Origin: an uncultured Planctomycetales bacterium
GTDB taxonomy: Bacteria > Omnitrophota > Gorgyraeia > Gygaellales > Profunditerraquicolaceae
Direction of reading: 5' to 3'
NCBI GenBank assembly: GCA_964405005.1
Contig: CAYOMI010000001.1
Coordinates: forward strand, 1-45,625
DNA length: 45,625 bases
This document shows positions 1-7,421 of this stretch, piece by piece (positions within the stretch are counted from its first letter, which is position 1; every line of letters starts with the position of its first letter). Made by a program: the position numbers and the translations under genes. The notes beneath the pieces were generated by a model. It had not been told where the DNA came from. It saw only the letters and a program-made list of their open reading frames with translations, and made no database searches.

Positions 1-1115
1 GGAGAATATTATGCGTTGGCGATTCGTTTACTTTTGGGCATGGCGCAATAAAGGGATATTCGTATCCTGAGCAGTTAGAAAGAATACTAAATGACAATAA
101 CTCTATTCATAAATTTATAGTATATAATCTGGGGATTTGCGGAGAAAACTCTTCTCAGTTAGCAAAGAGATTGCCTGGATATTTAGAAGAATACCGCCCG
201 GACATATTAATCGTCTTAACCGGTCTTAACAACGGCTGGAATCTCGATAGTAATTATTTTTTATTTAAAGAGTCCGGTCTAAAGACGTTTGTTTGCCGGT
301 TAGATGCTTTTCTTGCGAGGCTAAGGAGTTATAAACTTTTGAAAATAGGCATCGAAAATTTAAAAATAATTTCAACTAGAAAGCACCTGTTATCTTATGG
401 AAAGTTAAGCAAGGTCCAGGTAGGTAAGAATGTATTTGACGAATCGAAAAGACGCTTTGAGTTAGGGAAATCCTATTGGGAAAGAAGGGATGCGGATTTT
501 GCAATAAAGGAGCTCCAAAAAGCCATAGAAATAGACCCCACATTTTACGAAGCGCATCTTTACTTAGGATACTCCTATGATGCCCAGGGTAAATTTGAGT
601 TGGCGGTAGCTACGTTTAAGAAAGCCATTGAATTAAACCCGAATTGCATTGAAGCCCATAAAGGACTCTGTAATACCTATTGGAAAACTGACAACCATAA
701 GTTGGCATTAAAAGAAGCTCAAGAGGCTCTCAACTTAGATCCTGGCGATGAGTTGCTCAAGAAAATATTACAATATGGATTACCCAATAGAAAAGACGAA
801 GTTTTATTCAACAGATTGTTGAGTTATGATTTACAAAATATAATTAAATTAGGGAAGGCGAAAGGAGCAAAAGTAATTTTGTTAAATTACCCTTTTTATG
901 ATTCCTATGATAAGACAAGAAAAGAAATAGGAAAAATGTATCAAATACCTTTTGTTGATAACGAAGGCGCATTCGTAAAACTGGCTCAATTCCATAATTA
1001 TAGTCGTAAACAGTATTTTCGCGAAGGCGACTCCCATTGTAATAATAACGGTTATATGGTTATCGCTGAAAATGTTTACAGACAGTTAAAATCTGAAGTG
1101 TTGGAGTCAAAATGA
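1..1115 (+). CDS. SGNH/GDSL-family hydrolase with inserted TPR domain (5' end cut by window edge)
   Basis: The frame of ORF 171..1115 stays open back to nt 3. The upstream translation reads RILCVGDSFTFGHG (block I GDS), VYNLGICGENSS (block II) and IVLTGLNNG (block III). TPR-like repeats follow (AIEIDPTFYEAHLYLGYSYDAQGKFELAVATFKKAIELNPNCIEAH...). The C-terminus has LLNYP and GDSHCNNNGY (block V-like). It is a paralog of 5977..7413. The TTG at 171 in the ORF track is therefore internal. Confidence 0.8.
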   Translation, partial: RILCVGDSFTFGHGAIKGYSYPEQLERILNDNNSIHKFIVYNLGICGENSSQLAKRLPGYLEEYRPDILIVLTGLNNGWNLDSNYFLFKESGLKTFVCRLDAFLARLRSYKLLKIGIENLKIISTRKHLLSYGKLSKVQVGKNVFDESKRRFELGKSYWERRDADFAIKELQKAIEIDPTFYEAHLYLGYSYDAQGKFELAVATFKKAIELNPNCIEAHKGLCNTYWKTDNHKLALKEAQEALNLDPGDELLKKILQYGLPNRKDEVLFNRLLSYDLQNIIKLGKAKGAKVILLNYPFYDSYDKTRKEIGKMYQIPFVDNEGAFVKLAQFHNYSRKQYFREGDSHCNNNGYMVIAENVYRQLKSEVLESK

Positions 1116-3886
1116 AAATTGCGCTCATTCAATGCCCGGGGTGGGGCAGGGATTGTCCTCCATATACCGTCGCCCTTCTTTCGGCGTGGCTACGCAGGCA
1201 AGGTCACAAGGTGTTTGGTTTCGACCTGAATAACGCATTATACTGCAGCGGGCCGGATAAATATAAAAAGATGTGGGACGATAAAGACCTGTATTCTTTC
1301 TGGAATAACGAATCGTTGATTTCGCAATTCATTCGCGATAACGAACGGATGATAAAATTTCAGGTCAATTCTATTTTGGAAACACAGGCTAAGATTGTCG
1401 GATTTACCGTCCATTTTAGTTCTTTGCTTGTCAGTTTAGAGGTAGCCAAAAGGATTAAAAACTTGGATAAGGACAGAATTATTATCTTAGGCGGTCCGGA
1501 TTGTTACAGGGAATTGAGGGGGCAAGAGATTATAAAAAAAGATGCGGTTGACATGGTAGTAGTTGGCGAAGGCGATATGGTTCTTTTGGAATTGGCCGAA
1601 ATGATTGAAAAAAACAAAAACGTAGATTTTTGCCCGGGGACATTAATTAAGAAAGACGGTCAAGTTATCGACTGCGGAGAGAGAGAAGTTTTAAAAGATT
1701 TGGATCTTGTCCCTTTTGCCGATTATAGCGATTTCCGCCGCGATATCTTATCGGGATATTATAGACAGCCAGAACGCCTGGAGATATTTGACAGCAGGGG
1801 CTGTATTACGCGTTGCCATTTCTGCAGCGAATGGCAATTCTGGAAGATATACCGCACTATGAGCGGAGAAAGGATGTTCGAAGAAATAGCTTATCAGGTA
1901 AGGCGATTTCCGGGAGTAGATTATTTTTACTTCATCGGTTCTCTATTGAACGGTAACGCCAAGGCGTTATCCAGACTTTGCGATTTGTTAATCCGCAACG
2001 ACTTAAAAATAAGATGGGCAGGACAGGCAATTATCAGGCCTGAGATGACCAAGGAACTTTTAGAGAAGATGGCTAAGGCAGGATGCGAATGGTTAGGTTA
2101 CGGTATTGAGAGCGCTTCTCAGAAAGTGGTAGACAGTATGAACAAGCATTTTTTAATCTCGGATGCCGAAAGGGTCCTTAAGGATTCTCATCAGGCAGGC
2201 ATAAACATCCAGGCCAACTTTATGTTCGGCATACCTACCGAGACAGAGGATGATTTTAAAGAGACCCTAGAATTTTTGAAAAGAAACAGAGAGAATATCG
2301 ATTCTGTTTTAGCAAGTCAATCCTTTTGTGTTATAGATAAAGGGACCTATCTTCATAATCATGCCCAGGAGCTCGGCATTAAAAATGCCGACCATCACCT
2401 TTACTGGGAAACAAACGGTAATAATTATGCCGTAAGGTTCGGGCGCTATGAAGAATTCTGTAAACTGGCGCTTTCTTTGGGTTTACCGGAGACCTCCGGC
2501 GTGCTAAGGACGAAGCCTGACAAATGGGTGCTTTTGGGCGACTATTACTTATTTAAAGAAGACTATTCGCAGGCAATGGAATGTTTTAAAAAATCCCTGG
2601 AACTTGAGTCCTGTAATGACGCTACCCTAGAAAAAATAAAACGATGCCAGAAGGAATTAGAAAGGTCCGGGCGATGTGCCTCTTCTGTATTGTCTTCAGG
2701 AACAAGCAATCTAAAGAGAATTGGAGAAACATCTTCTGAGGATTTTAAAGGTAAGCAAGAGAAGAATACAATTGCGCTCACTACAAAAAGTGATCCCGGA
2801 GATCTCTATAAAGGCCTAAATGAGACTCAAAATAAGATTAAGGAAGCGCTTCTGCGCCTTGGCTTAGAAGATAAATTACACAATTATCTTCTCGTGGAGC
2901 AGGAAAAGGAGGGACGACAGGAGTATGTTTCCGGCTATCCGTATTGGTTGACCATTGACCCCGCAAATTTTTGCACCTTAAAATGCCCTTTTTGTCCTAC
3001 CGGTCAGGGCCGAGGTTCGCGGGTCAAAGAGATATTATCCTGGGATAATTTTAAAAAAGTAATGGACGAACTGGGACGCTATTTAGTCCATATAGATTTT
3101 TGCAATTGGGGCGAGCCGCTTTTGAACAGAGATATTTACAAAATGGTCAAATATGCCAAACAGCACGGCATAGATACAAAAATAGATTCAAACTTTAACC
3201 AATTTAGCGAAAAAGACGCCGAAGACATGATTTTATCCGGATTAGATAAATTAATTGTCTCCCTAGATGGAGTAACCCCGCAGACGTATTCTAAGTACAG
3301 GGTTGGCGGAGATTTTAAGCGGGCAATGGGTAATCTGAAGTTATTGCTTAAAAAAAGGAAAGAATTAAATAAGTCCCATCCCTATATCTCCTGGCAATTC
3401 TTGGTATTTAGACATAATGAGCATGAAATAGAAGAGGTCAAAAAGATTGCCAGTGATTTGGGCGTTGACCACGTCGGCATAACCAAAGCGTTTATCGGTG
3501 ATAAAGACTGGATTCCCCTGAATGAAGAATACAGCCGTTACCAAAAGAAAGAGATTAAGGATGGGTATACCTCAGAACATTTTAAGCCTTCCCAAGATAA
3601 GACATGCAATTGGCCGTGGGAGGCGATAGTTATAAACCCAAACGGTTCGGTTTCCGTTTGCTGTTCGGTGGAAGACGAAAAAGACGACTTCGGTAATATC
3701 TTTAAAAATTCATTTAGAGATATCTGGAATAACGAGAAATACAGGATAGCGAGGAGATATATCAAAGAGAGAGAGGCGATTGATACTGTAAATAACAATA
3801 TTTGTATTGGCTGTAGACACTTAGGATTAATTAATCTGGATATCCTATCTTGCCACTCATTCTTTAGTTGTCCTGGCAAAAAATGA
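1112..3886 (+). CDS. Dual radical SAM fusion: cobalamin-binding-type (class B) rSAM + TPR-like linker + SPASM-like rSAM
   Basis: 924 aa. The N-terminal half has MKIALIQCPGWG, LGGPDC, VVGEGDMVLLEL and the core SRGCITRCHFC (Cys231 codon at 1802). The linker contains one TPR-like motif (WVLLGDYYLFKEDYSQAMECFKKSLELE). The C-terminal half has a second core FCTLKCPFC (Cys621 codon at 2972) and GEPLLN. It ends in a Cys-rich SPASM-like tail (CNWPWEAIVINPNGSVSVCC...NICIGCRH). An ATGA junction overlaps the upstream gene. Confidence 0.88.
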   Translation: MKIALIQCPGWGRDCPPYTVALLSAWLRRQGHKVFGFDLNNALYCSGPDKYKKMWDDKDLYSFWNNESLISQFIRDNERMIKFQVNSILETQAKIVGFTVHFSSLLVSLEVAKRIKNLDKDRIIILGGPDCYRELRGQEIIKKDAVDMVVVGEGDMVLLELAEMIEKNKNVDFCPGTLIKKDGQVIDCGEREVLKDLDLVPFADYSDFRRDILSGYYRQPERLEIFDSRGCITRCHFCSEWQFWKIYRTMSGERMFEEIAYQVRRFPGVDYFYFIGSLLNGNAKALSRLCDLLIRNDLKIRWAGQAIIRPEMTKELLEKMAKAGCEWLGYGIESASQKVVDSMNKHFLISDAERVLKDSHQAGINIQANFMFGIPTETEDDFKETLEFLKRNRENIDSVLASQSFCVIDKGTYLHNHAQELGIKNADHHLYWETNGNNYAVRFGRYEEFCKLALSLGLPETSGVLRTKPDKWVLLGDYYLFKEDYSQAMECFKKSLELESCNDATLEKIKRCQKELERSGRCASSVLSSGTSNLKRIGETSSEDFKGKQEKNTIALTTKSDPGDLYKGLNETQNKIKEALLRLGLEDKLHNYLLVEQEKEGRQEYVSGYPYWLTIDPANFCTLKCPFCPTGQGRGSRVKEILSWDNFKKVMDELGRYLVHIDFCNWGEPLLNRDIYKMVKYAKQHGIDTKIDSNFNQFSEKDAEDMILSGLDKLIVSLDGVTPQTYSKYRVGGDFKRAMGNLKLLLKKRKELNKSHPYISWQFLVFRHNEHEIEEVKKIASDLGVDHVGITKAFIGDKDWIPLNEEYSRYQKKEIKDGYTSEHFKPSQDKTCNWPWEAIVINPNGSVSVCCSVEDEKDDFGNIFKNSFRDIWNNEKYRIARRYIKEREAIDTVNNNICIGCRHLGLINLDILSCHSFFSCPGKK

Positions 3887-4935
3887 AAAAATTGTTATTT
3901 ATATTAGTCTCTTTGCTAATCGGAATAGGATTTACCCTAATATCTCTAGAGTTATTTCTACGGATAAATCCGAAATTTGGATATAATTACAGTTCTTGTA
4001 ATTTCAAAAATAAAGATATGACAAGGTTTAAAGATCATAACTTTGGATATCTTCGTCCTTCAGCGTTGTTGGGTTATGAAATGATTCCCAACTGCCACAG
4101 CGTTTATCTGCCCATACCCACAAATTCTTATGGGTTAATAGGGAAAGAGTATAAACTGAAAAAAGAAAAGAATACTTTTCGTATTTTGCTCCTTGGCGAT
4201 TCAATCGCTTGGCAAGATTTTTCTAGGCAGTCCTTAGAAGGATTCCTGAATAGCGGCCCTTTATTGCATTCGAAATATAAATTTGAAATTTGGAACGCAG
4301 GAGTGCCCAGTTATGATGTGCGGCGTTACTATCTGTATCTAAAATATAGGGGATTAAGTTTTAAACCCGACATGGTGGTTATTTTCTTTTTTATGAATGA
4401 CCTGCATCCTGATTTAAACATTTATTATAAAACTAAAGATGAGGTTATTTCGTATGACTTTCCTCTTTCGGAAATATCCCAGAGGCGTATTATAAATCCA
4501 TTTCTTATGAAACACTCTTTTCTGTATCGTTTCATAGTTTTAAGTCTGAATGCCCGTTTATTAAATAAGAAAAAAGAACAGCAAGGCGTTAATCCACAAG
4601 AAGAATGCGGAAGATACTATTTGCGGGTTATAAAAGAAGTGTGCGAAAAAAATAAAATTCCTCTCTTTATAGTATTTTTCCCTTATCTTAAGCCGCTGGA
4701 TGAATATAGAGGGTACCAGATTGAGGAGTATAAAAGTATCTGCAAGGTAATAAAAGAGTCAGAAGTTAACTGCCTGAATTTATATGAAGCCTTATCTAGT
4801 AGAGACTTACGCAGTTTAAGGGATAGGAAAGAAGATGATGTGCATCCCAGCCGCGAAGGGCATCGTCTTATTGCCACGCTAATTTACAATTATCTGTTAG
4901 ATAATTTTTTTAATTGTGAGAAAACAACACATTAA
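3883..4935 (+). CDS. Membrane-anchored SGNH/GDSL-family hydrolase
   Basis: N-terminal hydrophobic anchor (KKLLFILVSLLIGIGFTLISLELF). Block I FRILLLGDSIAWQ, block II WNAGVPSY, block III FFFMNDL, block V DDVHPSREGH. The preferred start is the ATG at 3883, which forms ATGA with the stop of 1112..3886. The ORF track begins at a TTG at 3868. Paralog of 4916..5953 and 22518..23639. Confidence 0.8.
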   Translation: MKKLLFILVSLLIGIGFTLISLELFLRINPKFGYNYSSCNFKNKDMTRFKDHNFGYLRPSALLGYEMIPNCHSVYLPIPTNSYGLIGKEYKLKKEKNTFRILLLGDSIAWQDFSRQSLEGFLNSGPLLHSKYKFEIWNAGVPSYDVRRYYLYLKYRGLSFKPDMVVIFFFMNDLHPDLNIYYKTKDEVISYDFPLSEISQRRIINPFLMKHSFLYRFIVLSLNARLLNKKKEQQGVNPQEECGRYYLRVIKEVCEKNKIPLFIVFFPYLKPLDEYRGYQIEEYKSICKVIKESEVNCLNLYEALSSRDLRSLRDRKEDDVHPSREGHRLIATLIYNYLLDNFFNCEKTTH

Positions 4936-5953
4936 TAAACTGATAAATTTAAGTCTTCTATTAGGCGGCTTGATACTTTGTTTAGCTTTAGCAGACCTTT
5001 TCTTTCGATTATTTCCTGCGTATGGCTTCAGATATAATTTTAGCCAGTTTGTTATGGAAAATAACCCGACAGACAGGGCAATGAATAGAAATAGAGATTA
5101 TCGTAAGCATAGGCCTTCGTCCATCTTGGGCTATGAGTTAGTTCCTAATTCGGTACCTGAAGTCAATTCTTTTGGCATGGTAGGCAGAGAGCACAGACTA
5201 GAGAAAGACAAAGATACCTATCGGATATTAGTCCTCGGGGATTCAATTACAGAGCATAATTGGTATGTGGAGAAGCTCGAAGATAAATTAAATAATTCTA
5301 ATCCGAAATTAGACCATAAGTTCGAGCTCTGGAATGGAGCTGTTATGGGCTATCAAGTAAATCAATACGCAGCTTATCTGAAGCATAAGGGGCTAAGATA
5401 CCGCCCTGATATGGTTATTATAGGTTTCTGCCTGAACGATTTTGACACCCAGTATTGGGTTTTTTATAAAGATAAAAAAGGATTCACTATATTTTATAAT
5501 CCCGCCCGTAAATTATCGAAGATACTCCCTTTAAATACATTCCTTTTTAAGCATTCTTATCTCTACCGCTTTTTGTTCTTGAGGATAGAAAATTTATTAT
5601 CGAATCCTAAGGAAAAATTCCCCGAACCCAAAACAGAAGGGCTTTATTATCTAAAAACAATAAAAAATATTTGCCAGGAGAAAAAAATCCCGCTTTTGGG
5701 GGTTATTTTTCCTTATCTTAAACGCCTAGACGAATATCGCGATGATGAAATGGATAGATACAAAGAGATGATTGAGGTTTTAGATATTTTAAATATTGAA
5801 TACATAGATTTACATAAATATTTACCTGAAAAAGATAGGTATGCCTTGAGGAGAGATAGAAATGACTACTCTCATCCTTCTATCGAAGGTCACGAAATTG
5901 CAGCTAATATAATTTATAATTATCTTCGCGAAAGTTATTTTAAAAACCGCTGA
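4916..5953 (+). CDS. Membrane-anchored SGNH/GDSL-family hydrolase (tandem paralog)
   Basis: Anchor LINLSLLLGGLILCLALADLFF. Motifs YRILVLGDSITEHN, WNGAVMGY, GFCLNDF and DYSHPSIEGH. It shares HSYLYRF and IFPYLKRLDEYR with 3883..4935. The start is a GTG at 4916 and no nearby ATG exists, so the start is uncertain. It overlaps the upstream gene by 20 nt. Confidence 0.75.
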   Translation: MRKQHINKLINLSLLLGGLILCLALADLFFRLFPAYGFRYNFSQFVMENNPTDRAMNRNRDYRKHRPSSILGYELVPNSVPEVNSFGMVGREHRLEKDKDTYRILVLGDSITEHNWYVEKLEDKLNNSNPKLDHKFELWNGAVMGYQVNQYAAYLKHKGLRYRPDMVIIGFCLNDFDTQYWVFYKDKKGFTIFYNPARKLSKILPLNTFLFKHSYLYRFLFLRIENLLSNPKEKFPEPKTEGLYYLKTIKNICQEKKIPLLGVIFPYLKRLDEYRDDEMDRYKEMIEVLDILNIEYIDLHKYLPEKDRYALRRDRNDYSHPSIEGHEIAANIIYNYLRESYFKNR

Positions 5954-5976
5954 AGATTGATTTAGGATATTCAAAC

Positions 5977-7413
5977 ATGTTTAAGCAAAAAATTTTATTA
6001 ATTTTATGCGCTTTAATAGTTATATTTTTATCTCTTGAAATTTCGTTGCGTGTCGCCGGATTTTTATACTATTTTTATAAAATAAATAACAAAACACTAA
6101 ATTTCAGCGGAAAGAATACAATTAGAATTTTATGCTTGGGCGATTCATTTACCTTCGGCGTAGGCGCAGAAAATGGAAATGATTACCCCCGTCAGTTAGA
6201 ACGATTGCTTAATGAAAATTGCCAAGATAAAAAGTTTATTGTTTATAATCGAGGAATTCCCGGACAGAATTCTTCCATGGTTTTGAAAAGATTGGTCCAT
6301 AATATTAATACATATAGACCCGATACAATTCTTCTTTTAATCGGTTCAAATAACAGAACTGTTTTGGAAGACAGCAATTATTATCTATGTAAAAAAGCAG
6401 AAACCGGCAAAATAATAAATTTTTTCCTAAAGTTAGACATTGCCCTGAGCAAATTACGGACTTATAAGCTGCTCAGGATTGTCACGCTAAATTTAAAAAA
6501 TAAATTTAAATCAATAACCGACTCCTTCGATATCACGGGCAAAAAAAATTTTGAAGAATCCACAGAGAATTTAAATAAAGTCTTTATTGGCGATGCAGAT
6601 AAAAAAGAAGACTACCTCGGCGCAGCGGAAACTCTTTACATAGAAAGAAAGTTTAGCGCAGCAGAAAAAATGATAAAAGAAATGCCAGAAAATTATAAGC
6701 CAGAAGATAAAAGAGTGTGTTTTCTTTTGAGCAACATATATTGCGAACAAGAGAGATATGACTTGGCACTTATTACCATGGAAGAATACATTAAAAATAA
6801 CCCCAAGGATCCAGTTGCACTTTTTAATCTCGGAAGGATTTATTATAAGCGGGGGAGAACAAGTCCTATAGCTAAGGAAGAAAATTTTGAGCAGGCTACC
6901 AGATTATTTGAAGAATCACTCCCCTATATTGACTCGCATAATTTATTGCTGAAAGGAGAAGTCTATTTTAATTTAGCCCAGCTATATCTTGATAAGGGAG
7001 AAAAAGAAGTAGCCATAAAAATGATGGATGAAGCTTTAAAATATCGACCCGACAATAGCGTATTTCGCCAGTTTAGAAGGGTGATATTAGAACCATTTCT
7101 TAGTTCAGAAGAGAATGAAATTTTTGACAAAGTGTTATATTACGATTTAGGTAGCATAATTAACTTATGCCGTTTATACAATGTCACGGTAATCCTTTTG
7201 AATTATCCTTCAGAAAATCAAAATAGCATAAGAAAAGAAATTGCGGATAAGTATAAAGTTCCCTTTATAAATATCGGTTCTGGGTTTGCCGAATTATTAT
7301 CCAATGGATATAATTATAAAGATTTATTTTCTAACGATATAACTCATCCTAACGCAAACGGTTATAGAGTTATGGCCGAGACTGTTTTTGAAGCATTAAA
7401 ACAGCAAATATAA
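5977..7413 (+). CDS. SGNH/GDSL-family hydrolase with ~250-aa TPR insertion, N-terminal membrane anchor
   Basis: Anchor ILLILCALIVIFLSLEISL. Block I IRILCLGDSFTFGVG, block II NRGIPGQNSS, block III LLLIGSNN. A long helical/TPR-like insert follows (e.g. LALITMEEYIKNNPKDPVALFNLGRIYYKRG and YFNLAQLYLDKGEKEVAIKMMDEALKYRPDN). Then ILLNYP and block V NDITHPNANGY. Confidence 0.82.
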   Translation: MFKQKILLILCALIVIFLSLEISLRVAGFLYYFYKINNKTLNFSGKNTIRILCLGDSFTFGVGAENGNDYPRQLERLLNENCQDKKFIVYNRGIPGQNSSMVLKRLVHNINTYRPDTILLLIGSNNRTVLEDSNYYLCKKAETGKIINFFLKLDIALSKLRTYKLLRIVTLNLKNKFKSITDSFDITGKKNFEESTENLNKVFIGDADKKEDYLGAAETLYIERKFSAAEKMIKEMPENYKPEDKRVCFLLSNIYCEQERYDLALITMEEYIKNNPKDPVALFNLGRIYYKRGRTSPIAKEENFEQATRLFEESLPYIDSHNLLLKGEVYFNLAQLYLDKGEKEVAIKMMDEALKYRPDNSVFRQFRRVILEPFLSSEENEIFDKVLYYDLGSIINLCRLYNVTVILLNYPSENQNSIRKEIADKYKVPFINIGSGFAELLSNGYNYKDLFSNDITHPNANGYRVMAETVFEALKQQI

Positions 7414-7421
7414 GCATTGCG

